Part shown: positions 8,538-18,512 of the stretch, piece by piece
How the letters are laid out: the number at the start of each line of letters is the position of its first letter
Numbering within the stretch: the first letter of the stretch is position 1
NCBI GenBank assembly: GCA_040767085.1
Contig: JAXGPF010000008.1
Location: 214,482-278,481, forward strand
Origin: Kiritimatiellia bacterium
Lineage (GTDB): Bacteria > Verrucomicrobiota > Kiritimatiellia > JAAZAB01
Reading direction: 5' to 3'
DNA length: 64,000 nt
The notes under the pieces: generated by a model
Database searches by the model: none
Told to the model about the DNA's origin: nothing
What the model saw: the letters and a program-made list of their open reading frames with translations, nothing else
Position numbers and translations under genes: made by a program

Positions 8538-9926
8538 GTGAGCCAGCCGAACCAGAAGGCATCCGCACTCGTCGGCCGGAGCGTCAAACAGACCTTGTTC
8601 CGCATGGCTTTCCCGATGCTAGCGGGAACGTTCGCCATGAACGCCTACCACTTGACCGACACCTGGTTCGTCTCGCGCCTGGGTACGGCGTCCCTGGCCG
8701 CGATGGGATTCAGCTTCCCGGTGGTCATGCTCCTTACCTGCGTCGCCGGCGGGATTGGGAACGGGGTGGCGGCCCTGGCATCGCACGCGCTCGGTCGGCT
8801 GGCGCATGCCGATGCCGCGCGCATCGTGACCCATGGCGTGGCCTTGATGCTGGCGGTGGCGGGCGTGATGACCGCGGCGGGGTACGGCAGCATCGGCGCC
8901 ATCTTCCGCCGGCTGGGAACGGATGCGCAAACCATGCCGCTGGTGGCGGACTACATGCGCACCTGGTACCTGGGCGCCGTGTTCATGGCCCTGCCGATGC
9001 TGGGCAATGGTTTGCTGATCGCCGCCGGCGATTCCCGGCGGGCGGCCCGGATGATGTTGCTGGGGCCCATCCTGAATACCATCCTGGATCCGATCTTGAT
9101 TTACGGCTGGGGCGGGGCGCCGGCCATGGGCATCCAGGGCGCGGCCCTGGCGACCGTGCTGTCCCAGGCCGCGGCGGCAGTGTGGCTCTGCCGGCTGCTG
9201 TGGCGGGAACACCGGCTGCTGGCCTGGGCGCGCTGGCGGGCGCGGGACTGGCTGGATTCATTCCGCAGGATCATGGCCTTCGGCGTGCCCAACATCCTGA
9301 GCATGATCTTGATGCCGGTGTCCGCCGCCATCATCACCAGGCTGCTGGGCGGTTTCGGCCATGAAGCCGTGGCGGCCAGCGGTGCGGCGGGCCGCTTGGA
9401 AATGTTTGCTTTTGTCATTCCCATGGCGCTGGGGATTTCGCTGACGCCGTTTGTCAGCCAGAATTACGGCGCCGGCCGGCTGGACCGTATCCGGGAGGCA
9501 ATGCGGCTCAGTCTGGGCTTTGCGCTGCTTTACGGCGCGGCAGTGGCGTTGTTATTTTTCGCCTGCGCCCCCTGGCTGGCCATGGTGTTCAGCCGCGATC
9601 CCCGGGTGGTGGCGATGATTGTGGCCTATATCCGCATTATTGCCTTCGGGTATGGGATGATGGAAGCGCACCGTTATTGCAGTTTTTTTCTGGCGGGAGT
9701 CCATCGCCCCGCCGCGGCCGCCTTGCTCAATGCCACGCGCGTGGCGGTCCTGCTGATTCCCCTCGTATATCTCGGCGCGTTGTGGGGCGGCGTGCAGGGG
9801 ATTTTCTGGGGGCGCCTGGCGGCGGACCTGGCCGCGGGCGGCATTGGCATCCATTGGGTGCGCCGGACCTGGCGGGCCATGGCGGCGGCGTCCGCGGCTG
9901 GCGCCATGCAGGACGGGCCGCGGTAA
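8538..9926 (+). CDS. MATE-family efflux transporter
   Basis: LFRMAFPM, DTWFVSRLG, NTILDPILIYG, SQNYGAG; two-repeat hydrophobic architecture; GTG start after AGGAG. Confidence 0.92.
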   Translation: MSQPNQKASALVGRSVKQTLFRMAFPMLAGTFAMNAYHLTDTWFVSRLGTASLAAMGFSFPVVMLLTCVAGGIGNGVAALASHALGRLAHADAARIVTHGVALMLAVAGVMTAAGYGSIGAIFRRLGTDAQTMPLVADYMRTWYLGAVFMALPMLGNGLLIAAGDSRRAARMMLLGPILNTILDPILIYGWGGAPAMGIQGAALATVLSQAAAAVWLCRLLWREHRLLAWARWRARDWLDSFRRIMAFGVPNILSMILMPVSAAIITRLLGGFGHEAVAASGAAGRLEMFAFVIPMALGISLTPFVSQNYGAGRLDRIREAMRLSLGFALLYGAAVALLFFACAPWLAMVFSRDPRVVAMIVAYIRIIAFGYGMMEAHRYCSFFLAGVHRPAAAALLNATRVAVLLIPLVYLGALWGGVQGIFWGRLAADLAAGGIGIHWVRRTWRAMAAASAAGAMQDGPR

Positions 9927-9967
9927 ATGACTGGAGCTTTTACGCCGGCTGTGATATGATCCACCGC

Positions 9968-11410
9968 ATGTCAAGATTATCCATCCACGCCCGGCGGCTG
10001 GCCGGACTCTGCCTGCTGGCCGCCCTCCCCGCCGCGGCCGCGCCGGAATGGGACTGGGGTCCCTTGCTGGCGCGGGATACAACCCTGGAAGGCGAAACCC
10101 GTTGGCGCGCCTTGGGGCCCTTGTTCGAATTCCGCGCCGGGACGAACGGCTGCCGCCTGGCAGCCGTCCGGCCGCTGTACAGCCGCGAGCATGATGGTGC
10201 CAGGCGCAAACTCGCCCAGGATGTGCTCTGGCCGGTCTGGAACGGGAAAAACTGGGACGGCACGGCCGCCCAGTGGCGCTGCTTGCTGCTGGTCTCCTGG
10301 CGGGATGACGACGTCAATGATCCCCGGGCACGCTACTCGTTCCGGGCGCTCCCTTTTTATTTCCAGGGCCGGGATGACGCGGGCCGGCCTTACTGGGCGC
10401 TCTTTCCCCTGGGGGGCACGATCCGCGATTTCCTGTTTTACGATGAGGTTCAATTCTGGCTGTTCCCATTGTTCGGCCGGACGCGCGTGGACGATTTGCC
10501 GGGCTGGTTTTGCCTGTGGCCGGTGATGTCCCGCAGTGCTAACGCGGAGATTGAGCGGCACCGGTTTTTCCCGCTTTACGGCTATTCCCGCCGCCGCGAC
10601 GATTACGAAAAATATTTCATCCTCTGGCCGTTTTGGAATCATGCGCGCTACGGTTATGCCGGCGCGTCCGGCACGGGGTATGCGCTCTTTCCGCTGTTCG
10701 GCCGCGTGCGCCTGGAAGACCAGTCATCCTGGATGTTTCTGCCGCCTTTTTTCCGCTTTTCACGCGGCGCCAGGCTGAACCAGGTATATGCCCCATGGCC
10801 GTTTATTCAAGTCAGCCGCGGCATGGCGGATCAGACTTATTTCTGGCCGCTATGGGGCAGCAAGACCACCCCGGGCTATGCGCATGGATTCGTGGCCTGG
10901 CCGATCTGCATGCGCACCCGGCAGTTTTCCCGGCATAACGACCGCCAGCGGAGTTGGGTGCTGCCCTTCGTTTATTTTACCGATGAAAATCAAAAAATAC
11001 CGGCGCCCGGCGTCGAGCGCCGGGTTCGTAAAATCTGGCCGCTGTTCACGCGGCATGTGGAAAACGGCCACAGCCTGCTGCGCGCGCCGACTTTGCTGCC
11101 GTTCAAGGATTGGGAACAGATTGACCGCAATTACGCGCCGTTTTGGACGCTTTACCGGCGGGAAACCACGCCCGCGGCCATGGAACAGGAAGCCTTCTGG
11201 GGGCTGTTCCGCCACCGGCGGGACGCGGACGGCACCCGCCGGTACGCGTTGTTTCCGCTGGCGCGTTTTACGACCCGGCCGGCGGACGGAATGCTGCAAT
11301 GGTCTTTTTTGCAGGGCGCGGTCGGTTATGCCCGGGAGGCCGGCTCCCGCCATTTGCAATTGCTTTATTTTTTAAAACTGCCCCTGGGCACGGCGCCGGC
11401 GGAAAATTGA
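9968..11410 (+). CDS. Hypothetical exported/membrane protein with repeated aromatic (F/W)P(L/F) motifs
   Basis: Signal-peptide-like N-terminus; recurring LFPLF/LWPF/FFPLY motifs. Confidence 0.7.
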   Translation: MSRLSIHARRLAGLCLLAALPAAAAPEWDWGPLLARDTTLEGETRWRALGPLFEFRAGTNGCRLAAVRPLYSREHDGARRKLAQDVLWPVWNGKNWDGTAAQWRCLLLVSWRDDDVNDPRARYSFRALPFYFQGRDDAGRPYWALFPLGGTIRDFLFYDEVQFWLFPLFGRTRVDDLPGWFCLWPVMSRSANAEIERHRFFPLYGYSRRRDDYEKYFILWPFWNHARYGYAGASGTGYALFPLFGRVRLEDQSSWMFLPPFFRFSRGARLNQVYAPWPFIQVSRGMADQTYFWPLWGSKTTPGYAHGFVAWPICMRTRQFSRHNDRQRSWVLPFVYFTDENQKIPAPGVERRVRKIWPLFTRHVENGHSLLRAPTLLPFKDWEQIDRNYAPFWTLYRRETTPAAMEQEAFWGLFRHRRDADGTRRYALFPLARFTTRPADGMLQWSFLQGAVGYAREAGSRHLQLLYFLKLPLGTAPAEN

Positions 11411-11542
11411 ATTTGTTTGCGGACTCGCCCTGGAATCGGCTAGAATTTGCCGGCTGGAGAGGCCAACCTTGCTGGAGAGGCTGAACTGCGTTCGGCGCTG
11501 TGAAAGCTTGCCAGGTGCAAACGCAATACAATAAAGTGAATC

Positions 11543-12355
11543 ATGCTGACTCGTGAACCGGAATTTTATCCGCCCCCGCTCAACTGGTTTGGCTGGCTCG
11601 GGCGCCAGATTTGGATTTCCTGCCGGAATGCCGGCCGGGCGCTGCTGATGTTATGGGAGGCGTTGTTGGATTTGCGCTTCGTTTTCGGCGCCCGCGCCTG
11701 GCCGGAAGTGGTATATCAGCTTTACGTAACCGGCATCAAAAGCATCGGCGTGATCTCGGTTGTGGCGATGTTCACCGGCATGATCCTGGCGCTGCAGACC
11801 GGGTTGGAATTGCGGAAATTCGGCCAGGAGGTCAACATCGGCGCGGCGGTGATGATTTCGCTGCTGCGTGAAATGGGCCCGTTCATGACCGCCTTGATTC
11901 TGGCCGCCAGCGTGGGTTCGGCCATGGCGGCGGAACTGGGAACCATGGTAGTTTCCGAGGAAATCGCCGCCCTGGAAGTCATGTCCATCCCGCCCGTGCG
12001 CTTTCTGGTGATGCCGCGCCTGGCGGCCATGATGGTCATGACGCCGCTGATGACTTTTTATGCCTGCATGCTGGGCGTCGTCGGCGGGGCGATTGTGGGT
12101 GTAACGCAGTTGGGCGTGGCGTTGCCCGCCTACATGGATAACGCCACCCGTTTCGCGGAAAACAAGGACCTGTATGTCGGCCTGTTCAAGTCGTTTGTCT
12201 TCGGCATCATGATCACGACGGTTTCCTGCCACCAGGGATTCTCGACCACCGAAGGCGCGGTGGGCGTGGGGCGGGCCACCCGGCGCAGCGTGATTGTTTC
12301 GTTCCTGTCCATCCTGATCGTCGGCTATATTATCACCCGCTTGTTTTACGTATGA
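11543..12355 (+). CDS. mlaE: MlaE-family ABC permease
   Basis: REMGPFMTALILAA..GSAMAAELGTM..SEEIAALEVM, GAVGVGRAT. Confidence 0.92.
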   Translation: MLTREPEFYPPPLNWFGWLGRQIWISCRNAGRALLMLWEALLDLRFVFGARAWPEVVYQLYVTGIKSIGVISVVAMFTGMILALQTGLELRKFGQEVNIGAAVMISLLREMGPFMTALILAASVGSAMAAELGTMVVSEEIAALEVMSIPPVRFLVMPRLAAMMVMTPLMTFYACMLGVVGGAIVGVTQLGVALPAYMDNATRFAENKDLYVGLFKSFVFGIMITTVSCHQGFSTTEGAVGVGRATRRSVIVSFLSILIVGYIITRLFYV

Positions 12356-13110
12356 TACGTTTCGAACATGTGACCAAGTATTTCGGGCAGCGGCAAGTGC
12401 TGGCCGACCTGGATTTCGAGGTGCAGCGGGGCGAGACCTTCGTCATCGTCGGCTTTTCCGGCGCCGGCAAGAGCGTCTCGCTCAAGCATATGATCCGGTT
12501 GCTGACCCCCGACCAGGGCGCGGTGTTCATTGACGGCGCCGATATCAGCCATGCCGGCTCCCGCGACCTGATCCGCTTGCGCGAGCGGTTCGGCTTGCTT
12601 TTTCAGGGCGCCGCCCTGCTGGAATGGCTGACCGTCGGGGAGAACGTGGCGCTGCCCTTGCGCGAAAAAACACGGACTCCCGACGGGGAAATCCGCCAGC
12701 GTGTGCGGGAAACGCTGAGCCTGGTCAACCTGGAAGATGTTTATGACGCCCGGCCTTCCGATTTGTCCGGCGGCATGCGCAAGCGCGTCGGCCTGGCCCG
12801 CGCGATCGTCACCCGGCCGGAAATTATTTTGTACGACGAACCGACCTCCGGGCTGGACCCGGTGACTTCCCGCGCCATTGACCAGTTGATTGAACGTTTG
12901 CGCCGGGAATTGAAGGTGACGGGGGTGGTCGTCACCCATGACTTGTTCAGCGCGCTGGCCATCGGCACCCGCATTGCCATGATCCACCAGGGCCGGTTTG
13001 TGGAGGTCGCGCCCCCCGCGGAATTTGTCAAGTCGCGCCGGCCGGAAGTGCGGGATTTTCTGGACGCGCAGTATATTACCAAAAAAGGTCCCTGGGAGGA
13101 GCTTGCATGA
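12352..13110 (+). CDS. mlaF: MlaF-family ABC ATPase
   Basis: GFSGAGKS Walker A, LSGGMRKRVGLARA, YDEPTSGLDP, VVTHD. Confidence 0.92.
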   Translation: MIRFEHVTKYFGQRQVLADLDFEVQRGETFVIVGFSGAGKSVSLKHMIRLLTPDQGAVFIDGADISHAGSRDLIRLRERFGLLFQGAALLEWLTVGENVALPLREKTRTPDGEIRQRVRETLSLVNLEDVYDARPSDLSGGMRKRVGLARAIVTRPEIILYDEPTSGLDPVTSRAIDQLIERLRRELKVTGVVVTHDLFSALAIGTRIAMIHQGRFVEVAPPAEFVKSRRPEVRDFLDAQYITKKGPWEELA

Positions 13111-14057
13111 AACGTATCGGCAATCGCGCGCGGGAACTCTTGCTGGAGATGCTGGTCGGCGCCTTTATGTTCGTGGTGCTGTTAAGCCTGGCGTTTTTCA
13201 CCATCATTCTCAGCCGGGAAAATTACCTGGCTAAAACCTACCCCATGGAAGTGGTGTTCGAGGATGTCATGGGCTTGCGCGACGGCGACAACGTGGTGAT
13301 CCGCGGCATGACGGTCGGGAAGGTCAAGACGCTGGCCCTGGGCGACGATGGCGTGCACGTCACGGCCACGCTGCAGCGTCCGCTGCGGCTGAAGGAGGAT
13401 TACTCCATCCGGGTGATCTCTACTTCCGTGCTGGGCGGCCGCTATTTGCAGGTGGACGAGGGCCGCGCCGGCGCGGTCTTGCCTGCCGCTGCGCCGCTGC
13501 GCGGCGAAACGCCCCGGGATTTCATGCTGCTGGCGGCGGATGTCGTCGCCGATTTCCGAGAAATCACCGCCAAGGTCCGGGCCGGGGAAGGCACGCTGGG
13601 CAAGCTGGTGACGGACGAGGCCCTGTACAACGATGCGCGCGACTTGATGGGACAATTGAAGCAGGCGGCGGGGGAAGGCGGCCTGCTGGCCAAGCTGGAC
13701 GGGGCCGCGGGCAATTTGGAGGGGATCACCGCCAAGGTCCGGGCCGGGGAAGGCACGCTGGGCAAGCTGGTGACGGACGAGGCCCTGTACAACGATGTGC
13801 GCGACTTGGTGGGCCAGTTGAAGCAGGCGGCGGGGGAGGGCGGCCTGCTGGCCAAGCTGGACGGCGCCGCGGGCAACCTGGAAAGCATTGCCGCCAAGAT
13901 TAACCGCGGCGAAGGCACGTTAGGCAAGCTGGTGAATGAAGACGGCTTGTACACCGAAACCATGGCGACCCTGGGCGATGCCCGCAAGACGCTGGACGAC
14001 ATCCGCGAAACTTCGCCGCTGGTGACTTTCACCAGCATCCTTTTCGGCGCGCTTTAG
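13107..14057 (+). CDS. mlaD: MlaD/MCE-domain protein with repeated helical GEGTLGKLV units
   Basis: N-terminal TM, GLRDGDNVVIRGMTVGKV and SVLGGRYLQV MCE motifs. Confidence 0.9.
   Translation: MKRIGNRARELLLEMLVGAFMFVVLLSLAFFTIILSRENYLAKTYPMEVVFEDVMGLRDGDNVVIRGMTVGKVKTLALGDDGVHVTATLQRPLRLKEDYSIRVISTSVLGGRYLQVDEGRAGAVLPAAAPLRGETPRDFMLLAADVVADFREITAKVRAGEGTLGKLVTDEALYNDARDLMGQLKQAAGEGGLLAKLDGAAGNLEGITAKVRAGEGTLGKLVTDEALYNDVRDLVGQLKQAAGEGGLLAKLDGAAGNLESIAAKINRGEGTLGKLVNEDGLYTETMATLGDARKTLDDIRETSPLVTFTSILFGAL
13563..13950 (+). repeat. In-frame 162-bp tandem repeat in mlaD (2 near-identical copies + 1 partial)
   Basis: atcaccgccaaggtccgggccggggaaggcacgctgggcaagctgg at 13563 and 13725; diverged third start near 13887. 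Confidence 0.9.
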
Positions 14058-14058
14058 C

Positions 14059-15567
14059 TTACAGCTGCGGGTGGTTCAGGGTATAGTTGGGCGCTTCCTT
14101 GATGATCTTGACATCGTGCGGATGCGCCTCGCGCACGCCGGCGACGCTCACCCGCACCAGCCGCCCCCGTTGCTGCAAGTCGGCGATGGTGCGGCAGCCG
14201 CAGTAGCCGCAGGCGGCGCGCAGTCCGCCGCAGAACTGGGTCAGCACTTTTTCCAGTTTCCCGGAAAACGGCACAATGCCCTCGATACCCTGGGGGATCA
14301 GGTCGGCTTCCGGCGTGTCCGCCTGGCCGTAGCGATCGCGGCTGCCGCGGGAGGCCTGCATGGCGGTCAAGCTGCCCATCCCGCGGTAGACGACGTATTG
14401 CCGGCCCTGGTGGATGGTTTTTTCGCCGGGACTTTCCTCGGTGCCGGCCAAAATGGATCCCATCATCACCGTGTCAGCGCCCGCCGCGATGGCCTTCGGG
14501 ACGTCGCCGGAGAAGCGGATGCCGCCGTCGGCAACCAGGGGAATGCTGCCTTGCAGCGCCTGGGCGCAGCGGTAAATGGCGCTGATTTGCGGAATACCCA
14601 CGCCGGCCACCACGCGCGTGGTGCAGATCGAGCCCGGACCGATGCCGACCTTGATGCCGTCCGCGCCGGCTTCGCGCAGAGCCAGGGCGGCTTCGGCGGT
14701 GGCGATATTGCCGGCAATCACGTCCAGATCGGGGAAATGGAGTTTGAGCCAGCGGCACATTTCCAGCACGTTGCGGCTATGGCCATGGGCGGTGTCAATG
14801 ACCAGCACATCCGCGTTTTTTTCCGCCAAGGCCTCGGCGCGTTCGTGGTCGGCGGCGCCGATGGCGGCGCCCACGCGCAGGCGGTGGCGCTGATCGCGGT
14901 TGATCAGCGGGCGGGCGTTTTCAATCAGGGTGTGGACATCAGAAAAGCTGTACAGGCCGACCAGCCTGCCGTTTTCCACCAGCGGCAGCTTGCCGACTTT
15001 TTCGCGCTGCATGATGGCGTAGGCTTCTTCCAGGGTGGTGGCTGGCCCGGCGGTGATCACCTTGCGGGTCATGACTTCCGATACGCGCACATTCTGGTCG
15101 CGCACGAATTTGATGTCGGCGGCGGTTAATATGCCGGCCAGGCGCTGGTTGTCGTCCACGATCGGGAAACCCGAGAAGGTAAAGCCGTGGCTGGCCTTGT
15201 ATTCCATGACATGGCGCAGCGTGTCGTCGGGCTTGAAAGTGATGGGTGTGCGGATCAGGCCGTTGAGATGGTGTTTGACGATTTCCACCTCCCGGCATTG
15301 GCGGGCGACATCCATGTTCTTATGGATAATGCCGATGCCGCCCTGCATGGCCATGCCGATGGCCATGCGGCTCTCGGTCACCGTATCCATCGCGGCGCTG
15401 AGAAAAGGGATGTTCAGGTTGATGCGCCGGGTCAGGCGGGTGGCGATATCCGCGGCCTGCGGCAGAAAATCCGCGTAATCCGGCACCAATGACACGTCGT
15501 CAAACGTTATGCCGTCATGCGGAAATGCATCCATGAAGGTTTCGACTGCCCGAGGCTTATTAATCAT
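14059..15567 (-). CDS. guaB: IMP dehydrogenase
   Basis: [12 protein letters not shown] pair, [17 protein letters not shown]. Confidence 0.97.
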   Translation of the reverse strand: MINKPRAVETFMDAFPHDGITFDDVSLVPDYADFLPQAADIATRLTRRINLNIPFLSAAMDTVTESRMAIGMAMQGGIGIIHKNMDVARQCREVEIVKHHLNGLIRTPITFKPDDTLRHVMEYKASHGFTFSGFPIVDDNQRLAGILTAADIKFVRDQNVRVSEVMTRKVITAGPATTLEEAYAIMQREKVGKLPLVENGRLVGLYSFSDVHTLIENARPLINRDQRHRLRVGAAIGAADHERAEALAEKNADVLVIDTAHGHSRNVLEMCRWLKLHFPDLDVIAGNIATAEAALALREAGADGIKVGIGPGSICTTRVVAGVGIPQISAIYRCAQALQGSIPLVADGGIRFSGDVPKAIAAGADTVMMGSILAGTEESPGEKTIHQGRQYVVYRGMGSLTAMQASRGSRDRYGQADTPEADLIPQGIEGIVPFSGKLEKVLTQFCGGLRAACGYCGCRTIADLQQRGRLVRVSVAGVREAHPHDVKIIKEAPNYTLNHPQL

Positions 15568-15604
15568 GGCGGCGTCCTTTCATCGTAGCGTTGAAAATCG
15601 GCGG

Positions 15605-17521
15605 TTATTTGGCGGTCAGCGCGCTGCGGACGCTTTCAGCCAGGGATTCAAAATTGAACGGCTTTTGCAGGAAGCTGATTTTGTCGGGCAGTTTTTCGAT
15701 TTGCGTGGCGGCATGGCTGGTGTAGCCTGACATCAAAACAGCTTTCAAATGCGGCTGGTGCTGGCGCAACCGCTCAAGCAGCGCCGTCCCGGGCATTTCC
15801 GGCATGATGATATCGGTCAAGACCATGTCAATGTGCCGGCCGCTCCCACAAATTTCCGCCGCTTCCTGGCAGGAAGTGGTGGCCAGCACCGTGTAGCCGA
15901 GGCTGGTGAGAATCTGGCTGACCAGCTTGATGATGAAATCCTCGTCGTCCACCACCAGGATGGTTTCCGCGCCGCCCGGGAATTCCGCGGCGGGCGGTTT
16001 GACTTCCGGCGCCGGCTGGCGGCCGACGGCCCGCGGCAGGAAAATCTTGAACGTCGTGCCCCGGTTGACTTCCGAATAACACTGAATATGCCCGCCGAAT
16101 TGCCGGACGATGCCATAAATCGTGGTCAGGCCCAGGCCGGTGCCCTTGCCGTGGGGTTTGGTGGTGTAAAAAGGATCGAAGATATGCTCCATCACCTGGG
16201 GCGGCATGCCTTGTCCCGTGTCGCTGACCTGCAGCAACACATAGTCGCCGGGAAACACCTGGGGGTGCGATTCGCAAAACTTGCTGCTGGCGCTGAAATC
16301 CGCCGTCTCAATCATGAGTTTGCCGCCCGCCGGCATGGCGTCGCGGGCATTGATTGCCAGGTTGAGCAGGATTTGTTCCAGGCGGCTGATGTCCGCCTGC
16401 ACGGAAGATAATTCCGGGGCCAGGTCCAGGTTGAGCGCGATGTTTTCGCCGATGGTATGCCGGAGGAACTTGGCAAGGTTCTGAATGACGGAATTTAAAT
16501 TCACCAACTGGGTTTCGATGGCGCGCTCGTGGCTGAAATTGAGCAATTGGCGGGTCAGGGCGCAGGCGCGTTCGGCGGCATGCATAATTTCTTCGATTTC
16601 CGGCAGAAGATCGCTGTCCCGCGGCGTCTTCTTGAGCATCATCGAGCTGTAACCCAGCACGGAAGTCAGCATGTTGTTGAAATCGTGGGCAATCCCGCCG
16701 GCCAGGCGTCCGACGGCCTCCACCTTGGCGGCTTGGCGCAGTGCGTGCTGGCTCTTTTCCAGGGCTTCTTCGGTCTGCAACTGGGCGGTGATGTCATGGA
16801 TAATCAACACGCTTCCCAGCAGTGCCTGATCCTGGTTGCGCAGGGGGTAGGCGCTGACACTGAACCAGCCCGCAATGTCCTGGAAACCGGCTTTCTCAAC
16901 CACAAATGGCGCTTCCAGCACCGGGTGCGGCAGCGGCGGCGCATCCGATCCGCCGTCCGTCCGCAGCACCTGCCGGAAGTGCCGGTTGCACAATCCGCCC
17001 TGGACGTGATGGTTGAACCGGTCGCTCATGGCGCGGTTGACCCGTAGAATCCGGCCGGTATGATCCAGGATGCACATGCAGTCCGTGATCGCGTCAAACG
17101 ACATTTCCCATTGCGCCTGGGAGGCCATCAAGGCCTTTTCGACGGTATGGTAGATCGAGGAATCATGAAAATGCAGGATGATCACCGTTTGATTCAGGGG
17201 CTGGCGGCAGGTGATCATGGTGGCCACGACCGGCGTGCTGCGCGCGTTGCGCGCATCCTCAATGGAGGTCTCCAGCATGTTCCATTTGCCTTCGGACAGC
17301 ATCGGGAAATCATGATCCCAGGCCGGGCGGAAAGCCGGCGGCAGCAGTTCTTCCATGCGTTTGCCGCACAGCGATTCGACCGGGAGGCCGGCCAGCCGGC
17401 TCATGGCGAGGTTGGCGTCCAGAATGCGGCCATCCAGAGCTTGAATGACAATGGCGTCCGGTGAATTGCGGAACAAGTCGTTCAGCCATTCGGCGGTATG
17501 GGCGCAGGGTTCTTGATCCAT
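15605..17521 (-). CDS. PAS-domain hybrid sensor histidine kinase/response regulator
   Basis: Two PAS-like regions, GIAHDFNN H-box, NLAINARDAM, GKGTGLGL, C-terminal receiver (VVDDE...LTDIIMP...KPF). Confidence 0.93.
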   Translation of the reverse strand: MDQEPCAHTAEWLNDLFRNSPDAIVIQALDGRILDANLAMSRLAGLPVESLCGKRMEELLPPAFRPAWDHDFPMLSEGKWNMLETSIEDARNARSTPVVATMITCRQPLNQTVIILHFHDSSIYHTVEKALMASQAQWEMSFDAITDCMCILDHTGRILRVNRAMSDRFNHHVQGGLCNRHFRQVLRTDGGSDAPPLPHPVLEAPFVVEKAGFQDIAGWFSVSAYPLRNQDQALLGSVLIIHDITAQLQTEEALEKSQHALRQAAKVEAVGRLAGGIAHDFNNMLTSVLGYSSMMLKKTPRDSDLLPEIEEIMHAAERACALTRQLLNFSHERAIETQLVNLNSVIQNLAKFLRHTIGENIALNLDLAPELSSVQADISRLEQILLNLAINARDAMPAGGKLMIETADFSASSKFCESHPQVFPGDYVLLQVSDTGQGMPPQVMEHIFDPFYTTKPHGKGTGLGLTTIYGIVRQFGGHIQCYSEVNRGTTFKIFLPRAVGRQPAPEVKPPAAEFPGGAETILVVDDEDFIIKLVSQILTSLGYTVLATTSCQEAAEICGSGRHIDMVLTDIIMPEMPGTALLERLRQHQPHLKAVLMSGYTSHAATQIEKLPDKISFLQKPFNFESLAESVRSALTAK

Positions 17522-17632
17522 ATGGCGCGGTTGACTCCGGCGGGCGGGCGGCCGGCCGGGATATCCCTTTGCAATTTGAACAAAAATATGTTACGCATAT
17601 TACCAACAGCCGCAAGCCATGTAAAGCGTGGA

Positions 17633-18487
17633 ATGGGAGGAGTGTTGATTAAACGTGCGCTAGTATTGATTTCGGCGGCGGCCAGTCTGCTGGGGCCGGG
17701 ACCGGCCGCGGGGCAGGTGGCGGTGCGCTGCCGTCTGCCCGCGCTCCAAACGCTGCTGCACGCCCCGGCGCCTGTGCGGATCACGGTCGTCAACAACAGC
17801 GGCCGCGTGCTGCTGCTGGACGGCGGCCGCCTGGGCGCGGATTTGCGTCTGGAAGTGGAGCGCTCCGATGGGCGGATTCTGCCGCCGTTGTCGCCGCGGC
17901 CGTTGGCGGACGGCGTCGAGATCATGTCCGGCGAAGCGAAGGATTTCGACGTGGATTTGATGCGCCTGTTCGCGCTGCACGCCTGCGGTTCCTATAAAAT
18001 CCGCGCGGTGGTGGACGCGGGCCGGACCCAGTCCGCCTCCGCTGACGCCCCCCTGGAGGTGGTGCGCGGATTCGAAGTGGCGCGCCTGCGCGCGGGGGTG
18101 GCCGGCGATGTTGACGCCCTGCGCTTGTATCAGCTCGAATACCTCCAGACCGCTGCCGGTGAGAATCTTTTCTTGCGCATCGAGGACGAAAACACCAGGA
18201 TGGTTTATGGGGTTTTTGACCTGGGCCCGCTGGTCCGCACGCGGGCGCCGGAGCTGATGCTGGATGAGGCGACCAACATCCACGTCCTTTTCCAGTCGAA
18301 AAACATGGCGCTGGTGCATGCCAGTTTCACGCCATATGGCGTGCCGTTGGTTCGGGAAACCGCGGCCGCCGTGCCGCATGGCGATGTGCGGATGCAACGC
18401 GATGAGGGCGGGCGCGTGGTGCTGGTTGCCCCGCCGCCGCCGCCGCCCGTCCTTCCGCCGGCCGGCCGGCGGAAGGAGCGGCGCTGA
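17633..18487 (+). CDS. Hypothetical exported protein (start uncertain)
   Basis: Signal-peptide-like start, beta-rich body, poly-Pro/basic tail. Confidence 0.65.
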   Translation: MGGVLIKRALVLISAAASLLGPGPAAGQVAVRCRLPALQTLLHAPAPVRITVVNNSGRVLLLDGGRLGADLRLEVERSDGRILPPLSPRPLADGVEIMSGEAKDFDVDLMRLFALHACGSYKIRAVVDAGRTQSASADAPLEVVRGFEVARLRAGVAGDVDALRLYQLEYLQTAAGENLFLRIEDENTRMVYGVFDLGPLVRTRAPELMLDEATNIHVLFQSKNMALVHASFTPYGVPLVRETAAAVPHGDVRMQRDEGGRVVLVAPPPPPPVLPPAGRRKERR

Positions 18488-18512
18488 GCGATGCCGGGCG
18501 CCGGGTGCAGCC

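Noticed and set aside
14071..15129. 352-aa plus-strand ORF
   Set aside because: Antisense to guaB
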